Assembly: GCA_963664305.2 (NCBI GenBank)
Contig: CAXXLV010000002.1
Location: forward strand, 992,001 to 1,056,000
Direction: 5' to 3'
DNA: 64,000 nucleotides
Source: an uncultured Aliarcobacter sp.
GTDB lineage: Bacteria > Campylobacterota > Campylobacteria > Campylobacterales > Arcobacteraceae
Every line of letters begins with the position of its first letter. Within the stretch, counting starts at the first letter, position 1. The notes under the pieces are model-generated. The model was not told where the DNA came from and searched no databases. It saw nothing but the letters and a program-made list of their open reading frames with translations. The position numbers and the translations under genes were made by a program. Below are positions 9,874 to 20,720 of this stretch, piece by piece.

Positions 9874-11409
9874 TTATTCCCACTCGATAGTTGCTGGTGG
9901 TTTTGATGAAATATCATAAACTACTCTATTGATTCCATCAACTTCGTTGATAATTCTTCTAGAGATTGTTTCTAAAATATCATGTGGAATATGTGCAAAA
10001 GTTGCTGTCATACCATCTGTTGCTTCAACTATTCTTACACAAACTGTGTTATCATAAGTTCTGTTATCACCCATAACACCAACAGATTTTACGTTTAATA
10101 ATACTGTAAATGCTTGCCAAGTTTTATCATAATAACCAGTCGCATGTAATACATCTAACATTATAGTATCAGCTTTTCTTAATAACTCTAAATCAGGTTT
10201 ATTTACATCTCCCATGATTCTAATAGCAAGTCCAGGTCCAGGGAATGGATGTCTACCAATCATTGATGCTGGAAGTCCAAGTTCTAATCCTAAAGCTCTA
10301 ACCTCATCTTTGAAGATTTCTCTTAAAGGCTCAACTAATTCAAATTTCATCCAATCAGGTAATCCACCAACATTGTGGTGAGATTTGATAGTTTTTGAAG
10401 GACCTTTTACAGAAACTGATTCAATAACGTCTGTATATAAAGTTCCTTGTGCTAAGAACTCAATACCTTGGTGTTTTTTTGCTTCTTTATCAAATACTTC
10501 GATAAATGTTTCACCAATGATTTTTCTTTTTGTTTCAGGGTCTGTAACACCTGTAAGTTTTGTTAAAAACTCTTCACTTGCATCAACAGTGATAAGTTTA
10601 ACTCCCCTTGCTTTGAACATTGATTCAACTTGTTCTCTCTCATTTGCTCTTAATAATCCATTATCAACAAATACTGGAATTACGTTTTCACCAATAGCTT
10701 CAGCTAAAAGTGTAGCTACAACAGAAGAATCAACTCCTCCTGAAACTCCACAAAGAACTTTTTTATTTCCAACTTGCTCTTGAATTCTTTTGATTTGCTC
10801 TTTTGCAAATGAACCCATATTCCAAGTAGAATCACATCCACAAATATGTTTTGCAAAGTTTTTTAATAATTTGCTTCCCTCAGCTGAGTGGTAAACTTCT
10901 GGGTGAAATTGGAATGCATAGATATTTCTATCAGTATTTGCAATAGCTGCAAATGGTGAATTTTCACTTGTTGCAATTTTTTGGAATCCTGATGGAATAT
11001 TTTCTACTCTATCTCCATGACTCATCCAAACAATTTGACCATCTTGTGTATCTTTAAAAATTGGATTTTCAACTTCAAATTTTAATCTAGCTTTTCCATA
11101 TTCATGATGATTTGCAGGAATTACACTTCCACCAAAGTGTTGTGAAATTAACTGCATTCCATAACAAATACCTAAAATTGGAAGACCCAGTTCAAATATT
11201 GTAGTATCAGGATGATAAGCATCATCAGCATAAACAGAAGCAGGACCTCCTGAAAGAATAATTCCTTTTGGAGTTCTAGCCATAATATCTTCAATAGATT
11301 CACTATAAGGAACTATTTCAGAGTAAACACCAGCTTCTCTAAGTTTTCTAGCAATGATTTGAGTATATTGACTACCAAAATCTAATACTACTATTGGTAC
11401 ATGTTTCAT
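9874..11409 (-). CDS. guaA: GMP synthase (glutamine-hydrolysing)
   Basis: [45 protein letters not shown]. Confidence 0.97.
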   Translation of the reverse strand: MKHVPIVVLDFGSQYTQIIARKLREAGVYSEIVPYSESIEDIMARTPKGIILSGGPASVYADDAYHPDTTIFELGLPILGICYGMQLISQHFGGSVIPANHHEYGKARLKFEVENPIFKDTQDGQIVWMSHGDRVENIPSGFQKIATSENSPFAAIANTDRNIYAFQFHPEVYHSAEGSKLLKNFAKHICGCDSTWNMGSFAKEQIKRIQEQVGNKKVLCGVSGGVDSSVVATLLAEAIGENVIPVFVDNGLLRANEREQVESMFKARGVKLITVDASEEFLTKLTGVTDPETKRKIIGETFIEVFDKEAKKHQGIEFLAQGTLYTDVIESVSVKGPSKTIKSHHNVGGLPDWMKFELVEPLREIFKDEVRALGLELGLPASMIGRHPFPGPGLAIRIMGDVNKPDLELLRKADTIMLDVLHATGYYDKTWQAFTVLLNVKSVGVMGDNRTYDNTVCVRIVEATDGMTATFAHIPHDILETISRRIINEVDGINRVVYDISSKPPATIEWE

Positions 11410-11521
11410 ATATTGTTTTCCTTCATATTTCACACAAAAGTGCTTGAATATTACAAATTTAAGTTAAAGATTTTATCTAAATTGTTGTAAAAAAATGGTT
11501 AAAGTAAAAATAAGCCATAAA

Positions 11522-11558
11522 AAAAGGGGTGTTAGAAAAAATTTCTAACACCCCTTTT
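11522..11558 (-). terminator. rho-independent terminator after nhaD
   Basis: aaaaggggtgttagaaa-aaa-tttctaacacccctttt perfect hairpin. Confidence 0.8.
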
Positions 11559-11578
11559 GATTTCTAAAACTGAATATT

Positions 11579-12958
11579 TTAGTGACTAATACCTAAAATA
11601 TGATATTGGAAATACCAAACACTAACAGAAATAATATATCCAATTAATACAGTCCATGCATATTTCATGTGTGAACCAAAAGTATAAATTCCATGTAATT
11701 TACCCATTACTCCAACACCAGCTGCACTTCCAAAAGAGATTAAAGAACCACCAACTCCAGCTGTTAAAGTAACTAACATCCATTGGTCAAGTCCCATTTC
11801 TGGATTTGCTTTTAAAATTGCAGACATAACAGGAACATTATCAACAACTGCTGATAAGAATCCAACTCCAATATTTGACCATGTTGGTCCTAAAATTTCT
11901 GGGTCATAAACTACAGAAGCTAAAGCTAACCATCCAACAAAATATAAAGCTCCAACTGCTGCTAAAATACCGAAGAAGAACATTAAAGTATTGTTTTCGA
12001 TTTTTGCCATTGAATGGAAAATATTAAAATGGTCTTTTCCATATTTTTTACTTAATCCATATGAATATACTTTAAGTAAAGCTAAACCAAACATCATACC
12101 CCACATAGCTGGAAGATGCAATACTTGGTGAGACATAACAGCACAGAAAATTGTAAATACTCCTAGGAACATTACCATTTTTGCACCTTCATGCATTTTT
12201 GGTTTAGTTTCTTTTGTTGCATCAAAATCAGGTACTACATTTGGAACAACTCTTGATAATAAAAATGCAGTTGCTATGTAACCTAAAATTGCAGATGGGA
12301 ATAAGAATAAGAAGTCAGTAAATACTCCTTTTCCTGCTGTCCATGCCATAAGTGTTGTAATATCACCAAATGGAGACCAAGCACCTCCAGCATTTGCAGC
12401 AACTACAATATTAATAGCACCTGGAACTAAGAAATCTTTTCTTGTTTTTTCAATTGTAATTAAAACTGTTGATAAAATAAGTGCTGTTGTTAAGTTATCA
12501 GCGATTGGAGAGATAAAGAAAGCTAAAAATCCAGTAACCCAGAATAGTTTTCTATATGTATAACCTTTTGAGATTAGATTATATTTTAATCTATCAAATA
12601 CTCCCATATGTAGCAATGACTCAATATAAGTCATAGCAACAAATAAGAAGAAGAAAATTTCTGCAATTTCCAAAATCAAATGTTGTGCTTGTGTATGAAC
12701 TAAATTCATATCCAAATGATTTAATGCATAATAAATTGCAATTAAAATAAACATAAATGTACCAATAAATAAAGCTGGTTTTGCTTTATCAATAGCATAT
12801 TTTTCTTCCGCCGCTACAAAATAATATCCAATAACAAAGATGATAAGAGTTGCAAAACCAACCCAAGTCATAGTTAAATCAGGAATTTCACCAGTACTTG
12901 CAGAACTTGCAAACAAAGACAAAGACCCGAAGATTAAAGTCATTATAACTTTTAACAT
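11579..12958 (-). CDS. nhaD: Na+/H+ antiporter NhaD
   Basis: ADNLTTAL, ANAGGAWSPFGDITT, VDNVP, GSAAGV. Confidence 0.92.
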   Translation of the reverse strand: MLKVIMTLIFGSLSLFASSASTGEIPDLTMTWVGFATLIIFVIGYYFVAAEEKYAIDKAKPALFIGTFMFILIAIYYALNHLDMNLVHTQAQHLILEIAEIFFFLFVAMTYIESLLHMGVFDRLKYNLISKGYTYRKLFWVTGFLAFFISPIADNLTTALILSTVLITIEKTRKDFLVPGAINIVVAANAGGAWSPFGDITTLMAWTAGKGVFTDFLFLFPSAILGYIATAFLLSRVVPNVVPDFDATKETKPKMHEGAKMVMFLGVFTIFCAVMSHQVLHLPAMWGMMFGLALLKVYSYGLSKKYGKDHFNIFHSMAKIENNTLMFFFGILAAVGALYFVGWLALASVVYDPEILGPTWSNIGVGFLSAVVDNVPVMSAILKANPEMGLDQWMLVTLTAGVGGSLISFGSAAGVGVMGKLHGIYTFGSHMKYAWTVLIGYIISVSVWYFQYHILGISH

Positions 12959-14412
12959 TCATTCTCCTTAATATAGTGTGCACCAAGTGATTCTTTACGC
13001 TTTAATGCAGCTTTTAGAATAGATTTTGCCGTAAGTAGCCTTAAAAATAATAATCTACCTACATCTTCTTTCAAGTATCTTTCTATCATTTCTAAGGATT
13101 TTTCCAGTTTTTTGGGCTCTCTAACTATCCCTGCATTTGACCACATAATCTCTCTTAGGTTATCTTTTATATCTTTATCAATTTCTTTATTTCTTACATA
13201 ATTTATGATTGGTTTATCATAATTTTTAGGTTCAATTTTAAAATCTTCTTTTAGTGATACTTCAACTGCAATTTCTGAAAAAACTAACCCTTCAAGTAAA
13301 GAATTTGAAGCCAATCTATTTGCTCCATGAACTCCTGTACAAGCTACTTCACCTATTGCATAAAGATTTTTCATACCTTTAACTTTTGCTTCAAGTGTTG
13401 TCTCTATCCCACCCATTGAATAGTGAAAAGCAGGACTTATTGGAACTCTTTCAAAAGGTAATTCATATCCTAATTCTTTTAAATTTGAATAAATATTTGG
13501 AAATCTCTTTTTAAAAGCTTTTTTCTCAAATGTTTCAAATGATAAAAATACTCCGAGTCCAGTTTTTTTGTTGTAATCAAAAATCGACCTACTTACTACA
13601 TCTCTTGGAGCTAATTCACCATCTTTATGATAATCAAATAAAAATCTATAACCATTTTCATCAACTATATAAGCACCCTCACCTCTTAATGCTTCACTTA
13701 AAAGTGGTTTTCTAGCAAAGTTTGTACCTCTTACAACAGTTGGGTGAAACTGCATCATCTCCATATCTTTTAATGGAAGATTTTTTTCAGCAATGATTCC
13801 TTGAATTTCCCCTGCATTTGCAGTTGAATTTGTATGATATCTATAAATTGAACCTACTCCACCACTTGCTATTATTGTGTTATGAGCATAAACAACTTTT
13901 TGTTCTGTTTCACTTGTAAAATATTGAACACCGTAACAAATATCATCTTTTATAAGTAAATCACAAACTACTGATTGAGTAAGAATAACGTGTTCACAAT
14001 GTTCAAGTAAAAAGACATGCATCATTCTTCCAGTTGCATCACCATCAGCATGTAAAATTCTGTTTCTACTGTGTGCTGCTTCTTTTGTATAAGCTAACTC
14101 ACCTTTGTCATTTAAGTCAAATTTCATTCCTGCAGCTATTAAATTTTTAATAGTTGAAATTGATTTTTTACTTAAAAGTTCAACAGTTTTTTTATCATTA
14201 TAATTTACACCTGCTGTTAAAGTATCATTTATATGAACTGGGACATCATTTTCATCAACAGCACTTGCTATCCCACCTTGAGCCCAAAATGTATTACAAT
14301 TCCATGTTGACATTTTGCATAAAATCAACACTTTTTTGTCTTTAGGAATTAATCTTGCTGCATTAAGACCAGCAACACCTGTTCCAATTATCACATAATC
14401 ATAAATTTTCAT
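12952..14412 (-). CDS. nadB: L-aspartate oxidase
   Basis: GxGxAG, AQGGIA, EAAHS, QFHPT, SEALRGEGA, HGANRLASNSLLE. Confidence 0.93.
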   Translation of the reverse strand: MKIYDYVIIGTGVAGLNAARLIPKDKKVLILCKMSTWNCNTFWAQGGIASAVDENDVPVHINDTLTAGVNYNDKKTVELLSKKSISTIKNLIAAGMKFDLNDKGELAYTKEAAHSRNRILHADGDATGRMMHVFLLEHCEHVILTQSVVCDLLIKDDICYGVQYFTSETEQKVVYAHNTIIASGGVGSIYRYHTNSTANAGEIQGIIAEKNLPLKDMEMMQFHPTVVRGTNFARKPLLSEALRGEGAYIVDENGYRFLFDYHKDGELAPRDVVSRSIFDYNKKTGLGVFLSFETFEKKAFKKRFPNIYSNLKELGYELPFERVPISPAFHYSMGGIETTLEAKVKGMKNLYAIGEVACTGVHGANRLASNSLLEGLVFSEIAVEVSLKEDFKIEPKNYDKPIINYVRNKEIDKDIKDNLREIMWSNAGIVREPKKLEKSLEMIERYLKEDVGRLLFLRLLTAKSILKAALKRKESLGAHYIKENEC

Positions 14413-14555
14413 TTTGAAACTTCGTTTGTTGTTTGAGGAGCACTTGAATCAGATTGTAGATAAATTGGGTCATCTTTATAACCACAACCACTAAAAGATA
14501 ATATAAAACCTGCTATAATTAGCGTATGAAAAAAATTAATGAAATACTTAGTCAT
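14409..14555 (-). CDS. small lipoprotein (LptM/YifL-like), not in ORF track
   Basis: MTKYFINFFHTLIIAGFILSFSGCGYKDDPIYLQSDSSAPQTTNEVSK; lipobox FSG-C then GYK..P; TGA overlaps nadB ATG. Confidence 0.7.
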   Translation of the reverse strand: MTKYFINFFHTLIIAGFILSFSGCGYKDDPIYLQSDSSAPQTTNEVSK

Positions 14556-14942
14556 CTTAAAAATAATCCTGAATTTAGAAAGATTAATACCTCTTTTTTA
14601 ATAATGAAGTTCATTGATGCACTTCCTTTAAAATTAAGAAAAGGTGTAAAATTTGGATATATAAAAAACCAAACTTTATACTTTGTATTAACTCATCCTG
14701 TATATAAAATGGAATTTGAGTATAACAAAGCAGATATAAAATCATTATTAAAAAATTTTAAGATTGCAAATGTTGAAGATATAGGATTCTTTGTTACAAA
14801 TGTAATTGAAAAAAAAGAAGAAAAAGAAGAAGATAAACCTTTATATATTGAACGTTCTTATGGAATATTTGAGAACAGAGCAAAAGATGAAAAGATTTTT
14901 AAAAAATTTGAAAAAATAAGAGAAATTATAAAAAATTCTTAA
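14526..14942 (+). CDS. DUF721/DciA-like protein
   Basis: TLYFVLTHPVYKMEF resembles the DciA core. Confidence 0.55.
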   Translation: MKKINEILSHLKNNPEFRKINTSFLIMKFIDALPLKLRKGVKFGYIKNQTLYFVLTHPVYKMEFEYNKADIKSLLKNFKIANVEDIGFFVTNVIEKKEEKEEDKPLYIERSYGIFENRAKDEKIFKKFEKIREIIKNS

Positions 14943-15519
14943 AATTTCTCTCTATTTCTTTATAATTTGGGCAATAAACTGCAACTAAACTCCAAAAATC
15001 CCTAGAATGATTTTTATGTTTTATGTGAGCTAACTCATGAACAATCACATATTTCATCACTTCAATTGGAAATTTCATAAGTAAAATATTAAAATTTAAT
15101 CCATTTTTATAATTACAAGAACCCCACGTTCTTTTATTTTTTCTAAAACTCAAAGATGTTGGAAACAGTTGCATTTTTGATGAAAATTCTTCAAGAAAAA
15201 TTGGCAAAATTTTTTGAATCTCTTTTTTGTAAAAAAGGTCTAAATTTTTTATTTTAAAATCATCAAGTTTTCTTATCTCACCTAAATACAAAAACTCATC
15301 TTCTTTTATCAAATTCTTTGATAATTTTTTTATTGAAGCTTCAATCCAATCCAATTTTTTTTCAACCAATTTTTTTGCATCATAGATAGTAAAATAGGCA
15401 TTTGCTCGAATTTGTATCAAATCATCTTTTAAAATTCTCATATAACAATGTTTCATATTTTTTCTATTTTCTAATTTTACTGTTACAATTTTTTCATTTA
15501 TTTCTATTTGAAAACTCAA
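14926..15519 (-). CDS. YgjP/DUF45 (M48-like) metallopeptidase domain protein
   Basis: KRTWGSC, YVIVHELAH, NHS..FW. Confidence 0.85.
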   Translation of the reverse strand: MSFQIEINEKIVTVKLENRKNMKHCYMRILKDDLIQIRANAYFTIYDAKKLVEKKLDWIEASIKKLSKNLIKEDEFLYLGEIRKLDDFKIKNLDLFYKKEIQKILPIFLEEFSSKMQLFPTSLSFRKNKRTWGSCNYKNGLNFNILLMKFPIEVMKYVIVHELAHIKHKNHSRDFWSLVAVYCPNYKEIERNFKNFL

Positions 15520-15605
15520 ACTATTAATTCCTTAAGTATTTATTTGATAAAATCCCGCACTATTATATCAAAAGTATAATTTTAATTTTATTGAGGAACA
15601 TGCTA

Positions 15606-16775
15606 ATGAAAATTGCAAACAGAATGGAGAACCTATCTCCATCGGTTACTATGGCAATAACTGCCCTAGCAAGAGAGCTTAAAGCTCAAGGTAAAGATAT
15701 ACTAAGTTTTAGTGCAGGTGAACCTGACTTTGATACTCCTGAATTAATTAAACAAGCTGCAATCAAAGCTATTAATGAAGGACATACTAAATATACAGCC
15801 GTAGAAGGTATTATCGCTACCAAGCAAGCAATTATTAATAAATTAAAAAAAGACCACAATTTAGATTATAAATTAGAAGGTATCGTAATTAGCAACGGTG
15901 CAAAACACTCATTATTTAACCTATTCCAAGTTCTTGTTGAAGATGGTGATGAAGTGATTATTCCAGCACCTTATTGGGTTACATATCCAGAGCAAGTTAA
16001 ATTCTCAGGTGGAGTTCCTGTATTTATTGAAACAGATGACTCAACAGAATTCAAAATTACACCAGAGCAATTAAAAGCTGCTATTACACCTAAAACAAAA
16101 ATTTTACTTTTAAATACTCCATCTAACCCAACTGGTTCAGTATATTCAAAAGAAGAATTACTTGCACTTGGAGAAGTTTTAAAAGGAACAGATATTATCG
16201 TATTATCAGATGAAATGTATGAAAAAATCATGTACAACGGTAAAAAATTTACTGCATGTGCTGAAGTTTCTGAAGATATGTACAAAAGAACAGTAACTAT
16301 CAATGGTTTAAGTAAGGCTGTTGCTATGACGGGATGGAGATTTGGATATATTGCAACTCCAGATGTTGCACTTGCAAAAGCATTAACAAAATTACAAGGT
16401 CAAGTTACTTCAAACATCAATACTATGACTCAATATGCTGCTATTCCTGCATTAGAAGGTGAAGCAGATGAAACTATTGAGATGATGAGAGTTGAGTTTG
16501 AAAAAAGAAAAAATTATGCTGTTAAAGCATTTAATGACATCAAAGGTTTATCTTGTGTTGAACCTGATGGTGCATTCTACTTATTTGTAAACATTAAAAA
16601 TGTTACACCAGATTCTATGAAATTCTGCGCAGATTTATTAGAAGAAAAAGGTGTAGCTTTAGTACCAGGTCTTGCATTTGGTACAGAAGGTTATGTTAGA
16701 TTCTCTTTTGCTACAGATTTAGCAACAATTCAAGAGGGAATCAAAAGAATTAAAGAGTTTGTAGAAAGTAAATAA
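15606..16775 (+). CDS. PLP-dependent aminotransferase class I (aspartate aminotransferase)
   Basis: GEPDF, PSNPTG, SDEMY, SKAVAMTGWRFG. Confidence 0.92.
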   Translation: MKIANRMENLSPSVTMAITALARELKAQGKDILSFSAGEPDFDTPELIKQAAIKAINEGHTKYTAVEGIIATKQAIINKLKKDHNLDYKLEGIVISNGAKHSLFNLFQVLVEDGDEVIIPAPYWVTYPEQVKFSGGVPVFIETDDSTEFKITPEQLKAAITPKTKILLLNTPSNPTGSVYSKEELLALGEVLKGTDIIVLSDEMYEKIMYNGKKFTACAEVSEDMYKRTVTINGLSKAVAMTGWRFGYIATPDVALAKALTKLQGQVTSNINTMTQYAAIPALEGEADETIEMMRVEFEKRKNYAVKAFNDIKGLSCVEPDGAFYLFVNIKNVTPDSMKFCADLLEEKGVALVPGLAFGTEGYVRFSFATDLATIQEGIKRIKEFVESK

Positions 16776-17662
16776 TGACTTCTCAAAAAAAAGCTACCGT
16801 TGTTTCATCTAGTGTTGCAGCGGTACTTACTCTAATAAAACTTGTAATAGGATTTGCAAGTGGTTCAGTAGCAGTTTTAGCATCTGCTGTTGATTCTATT
16901 TTAGATATGTTTGTATCTATTTTTAACTATTTTGCAATTTCAAAATCTGAAAAACCAGCTGATAAAACTTTTAATTATGGTCGTGGAAAAATTGAAGCAT
17001 TAGCTTCTGTAATTGAAGGTACGATTATTACTATTTCTGGACTTTTTCTTCTTTATCAAGCAGTTAAAAAAGCTATAGTTGGAGAAGTTTCTCAATATTT
17101 AGATATTTCAATTTATGTAATGATTATATCTTTGATAATTACTATATCTTTAGTAACATATTTAAATATAGTTGCGAAAAAAACTAACTCAATGGTTATA
17201 AAAGCAGATGCATTACACTATAAAACAGACGTTTTTAGTAATCTTGCTGTTTTAATTTCTCTTTTACTTGTTACTTTCACTGGTTATGAAATTATTGATG
17301 TTTTCGTGGGTGGAGGAATTGCAATTTATATTATATATTCTGCTTATGAATTAATTCATGAAGGTGTACTTGTTTTATTAGATAGAGCAGTTGATGAAGA
17401 TTTAGTAGAAAAAATCGAAGAAATAATAAAAGCAAATGATAGAGTAAACACTTATCATTTACTAAAAACTAGAGAAGCATCAAATCAAACTTTTGTTGAA
17501 GTTCATTTAGTTTTTGATTGTTTAATAACACTGATGGATGCACATAGGGCAAGTGATTCTATTGAGAATAAAATAAAAAAATTAGATGAAAAAAGACAAT
17601 GGATTATAAATATTCATATGGATCCATATGATGATTTTAAAATGAATGATTTAGATCATTAA
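16775..17662 (+). CDS. cation diffusion facilitator (FieF-like)
   Basis: SAVDSILD, ADALHYKTD, IHMDP. Confidence 0.9.
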   Translation: MTSQKKATVVSSSVAAVLTLIKLVIGFASGSVAVLASAVDSILDMFVSIFNYFAISKSEKPADKTFNYGRGKIEALASVIEGTIITISGLFLLYQAVKKAIVGEVSQYLDISIYVMIISLIITISLVTYLNIVAKKTNSMVIKADALHYKTDVFSNLAVLISLLLVTFTGYEIIDVFVGGGIAIYIIYSAYELIHEGVLVLLDRAVDEDLVEKIEEIIKANDRVNTYHLLKTREASNQTFVEVHLVFDCLITLMDAHRASDSIENKIKKLDEKRQWIINIHMDPYDDFKMNDLDH

Positions 17663-17691
17663 AAATTACTTTAGATAAAAGAAGAGTAAAA

Positions 17692-18285
17692 TTACTCTCC
17701 TTTTAAAGAATTCATTTTTTCATCAATCAAAGCTAAAGTTCTTTCTTGTGTTTTATATGAAATTTCAGGAAGTTCTCCACCAAAAAGTTTTTTTGCTTCT
17801 TCAAAACCCTGAACAATTCCATCTCTTCCTTTTTGTAAAAGTTCTAAATCATCCCCAGCAAAACCAAATACAAAATTTGCCACTCTATCTGAAGTTTGAG
17901 TTACACCAAAAAAACCATCATCACTTACAAGTTCTTTTGCTTCTTCTTGTGTTAATTCTGTTATTGCTTTACCTTCATAACCAATATTTTTTAAATCCAT
18001 TCCACTTTCTGTAGCTTTTCCACTTAGAAAATCTAAAACTTCTTGTTGATTACTACTTAAACTAGCTTGTGTTAATGTATTATCTTTTGTAATAGAAGAA
18101 GTATTCATTGCAAATAAAATATATTGTGCATTCATTGATAATGATACTTTTACAGCAGATTCATTTACTACATCTTCAAGTGATTTTTCTTCACTTTTTT
18201 GTTTAGTTTTAGAATTATTTGCATCAACACTTGAATTCTGTTTAAATGCATTTAGAGCTAAATTCACATTATTATTTATTTCCAT
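17692..18285 (-). CDS. hypothetical protein (DUF5610-like C-terminus)
   Basis: DGFFGVTQTSDRV...GFEEA..FGG.LPEIS; AGGAG RBS. Confidence 0.6.
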   Translation of the reverse strand: MEINNNVNLALNAFKQNSSVDANNSKTKQKSEEKSLEDVVNESAVKVSLSMNAQYILFAMNTSSITKDNTLTQASLSSNQQEVLDFLSGKATESGMDLKNIGYEGKAITELTQEEAKELVSDDGFFGVTQTSDRVANFVFGFAGDDLELLQKGRDGIVQGFEEAKKLFGGELPEISYKTQERTLALIDEKMNSLKGE

Positions 18286-18389
18286 GACTACTCCTTATTT
18301 TCTTAAATTATACATTTCTTAAAATTAATTTAAACTTATTCTTTTCTGAATTTCTATTGCTTGAAAAAAGCAAAAATTAACGGGAAAAA

Positions 18390-18398
18390 TGCTACATT
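18390..18398 (+). promoter_or_regulatory. putative extended -10 of the native ABC-F promoter, now upstream of the integrase
   Basis: TGcTACATT followed by AGGA and the duplicated ATG at 18432. Confidence 0.45.
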
Positions 18399-18431
18399 AC
18401 GCAACAAAAAACTAGGAAAAACTGAATAAAT

Positions 18432-18460
18432 ATGGCACTAATAGACTTACAAAACACTTC
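18432..18460 (+). repeat. attL direct repeat
   Basis: atggcactaatagacttacaaaacacttc; first 25 bp identical and 28/29 overall to 33409-33437. Confidence 0.92.
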
Positions 18461-18587
18461 TACTAAAAGTTAGGTCTAGCCACTATTTTATCGATACTCT
18501 TAATAAAATTTATATAACTACTAATACTTAAAATTAAAAAGTATGATATATCATATGACACATGTAATTTCTTCATCAGGAGAAAAC

Positions 18588-20711
18588 ATGGCATATACAT
18601 ATTATTTTAAAGGTACTTACTACTTTAGAAAAATAATTCACAAAAAACACTTACCAAATAGAACACATAATTTAAATTATAGAAGAAGTTTAAGATTATG
18701 TATAAGTAAAGATTTTTATTACTATTTAGAAACTAATAAATTAGAATTAGATAAACTAACTGATTATATTAATTTAAACTTAACAAAAAAATTGAAAGAA
18801 GGTATATTTTTGGACACGATAGATATTAATCTTTACATAGATGAACTTTGTGAGAATTACAAAAAATTGGCAAATATTGAAAACTCTATTCTTGAAGAAA
18901 AAAGAATAAAAGATATGGAGTATATTGATAATGATGGCAAACTTCATGAAGGTTTTCATCTTCAAGCAATCACCATAAAATTTAAAGAACTTACATCTTT
19001 ATATAATGATGGATTAAGAGATACTGAAAAAATCCAAAGACTTGGATTAGAAATCGTAAAAAGGTCTAATATTCCATATGACAGAGTATTAAAAGAAATA
19101 CCAGCAGATAAATTAACAATTTTTTATGAAATGTTAATAAAAAGTGAAAAAGAAGTTCTTTGTAATGATATAAAAAGATATATTAAACGGAATCTATTCC
19201 AATTTTTTCAACTTATCCCCTCTTCTATAAAAGATGATAATGACAAAGTAGAACATGCATACAATGAATACTTGAATTTAGTTTTTGATAATCCAATACA
19301 AAAAAACTACTTAGAATTAATTCGTAAAAAAAGTTCTGTACCACAAATAACTAATGACAGTATTTTTAACCTTAATGATACAGACTTAATTGAAAAAATA
19401 AAAAAATCAATGGCTGAAGATGAAAAAGTAAAGGTTCTTGAATCTTCTTTAGATATTGATATTTTGATAGAAAAGTATATTAATTTTAAAAAATCTTCGG
19501 ATACAGTTCAAAAAAGACAAACTTTATCGCTAGGTTTATTTAAGGAATTCCTTCAAGGTAATGGAAATGAATATAAAGCTAAAAAGTTAGAAGATTTAAC
19601 AGAAGAAGATGTATCAAGTTTTGAGGAATTAATTGCAGAAGCAACTCCGAGAGATGAAAAACATTTAAAAAATAAAAACTTATATCAATTAGTTGAGTAC
19701 AGAAAAAAAACAAATGGTTTAAGATATTCAAAAAATACTTTAGAAATGACAGACTATGATATAAAAGATTTTTGGAAATATATATCAACAAAAATTAATA
19801 AAAATTTAGATTCAACATTATTTTCAGGATTTAATAGTCTATATCTTTCTGAATATAAAAAGCATGAAGAAAACAGTTTAGATAGACAATTAAGATGTTT
19901 TAAAAATACAGAATTACAAAACTATATAGATGTTATTTTTAATGAAAAAGATACTAAAAGAATTTTATTATCTTCGCCAAAAAACTTTTATTCATTCTTC
20001 TTTGCTTTTATGTATGGATTAAGGATTGGAGAATTCTCTTATATCAAGATGAGCGATATTCGTGTTCAAGAAGTTAATAATGAAAGAGTTTATTATATTT
20101 GGTTAAATGAAGATGTTAAACCTCAAAGTTTAAAAAATCAAAATGCCCATAGAAACATCCCTATTTCTAGTTTAATGATAAAACTTGGCTTTTTAAATTA
20201 TGTAGAAAAAAGATTAAAAAATAAAAAAGAATGGTTGTGGGATATACCTAAAAGTGGTTATGGAACAATAAACACTTTTCACCAAAGAAATATTCAGAAA
20301 TTATTCCCTGAAGCGGCAGATACAAAAGAAAACAAATTGAGAGTATTAAATGAAAATTCTACAAATGCAACTGAACTAAATGTAATTCAATTTAGATGTC
20401 TTAGAAAAAACTTTTCAGAATTTATTTTTTCAAAACACTTAGGAGAATATTATACTGGTGAAAATGCAAAAAGATTAATGGGGCATACAGAAGGAACTAC
20501 ATCAGGCGAATATCTTGGAAGAATCAATCCTTTTGAAGGTAAAAATATTTTAGATAATATTGATACATATGGTTTAGATTTTTCTAATTTACTTTTATAT
20601 GTAAAAAAATTTTATGGAACAATATTAACAGATTTATCTAATTTAAAAGATGAAAATAATTGGATGATTAAATCATATGTAAAACCTAAAAAAGGTCGTA
20701 AAATAAAATAA
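18588..20711 (+). CDS. tyrosine recombinase/integrase with DUF6538-like N-terminus
   Basis: GTYYFRK N-terminus; YGLRIGE, LKNQNAHRNIP, FRCLRKNF, LMGH, EY catalytic-box motifs; AGGAG RBS before 18588. Confidence 0.88.
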   Translation: MAYTYYFKGTYYFRKIIHKKHLPNRTHNLNYRRSLRLCISKDFYYYLETNKLELDKLTDYINLNLTKKLKEGIFLDTIDINLYIDELCENYKKLANIENSILEEKRIKDMEYIDNDGKLHEGFHLQAITIKFKELTSLYNDGLRDTEKIQRLGLEIVKRSNIPYDRVLKEIPADKLTIFYEMLIKSEKEVLCNDIKRYIKRNLFQFFQLIPSSIKDDNDKVEHAYNEYLNLVFDNPIQKNYLELIRKKSSVPQITNDSIFNLNDTDLIEKIKKSMAEDEKVKVLESSLDIDILIEKYINFKKSSDTVQKRQTLSLGLFKEFLQGNGNEYKAKKLEDLTEEDVSSFEELIAEATPRDEKHLKNKNLYQLVEYRKKTNGLRYSKNTLEMTDYDIKDFWKYISTKINKNLDSTLFSGFNSLYLSEYKKHEENSLDRQLRCFKNTELQNYIDVIFNEKDTKRILLSSPKNFYSFFFAFMYGLRIGEFSYIKMSDIRVQEVNNERVYYIWLNEDVKPQSLKNQNAHRNIPISSLMIKLGFLNYVEKRLKNKKEWLWDIPKSGYGTINTFHQRNIQKLFPEAADTKENKLRVLNENSTNATELNVIQFRCLRKNFSEFIFSKHLGEYYTGENAKRLMGHTEGTTSGEYLGRINPFEGKNILDNIDTYGLDFSNLLLYVKKFYGTILTDLSNLKDENNWMIKSYVKPKKGRKIK

Positions 20712-20720
20712 AATATCTTA

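Noticed and set aside
11522..11558. Second attC-like site (contains gttagaa/ttctaac)
   Set aside because: Core motifs are in the wrong order, inside a short perfect GC hairpin with A/T tails; an ordinary terminator.
18543..18587. ORF-track N-terminal extension of the integrase
   Set aside because: The AGGAG RBS precedes ATG 18588, and the extension overlaps the candidate arm-site repeats.
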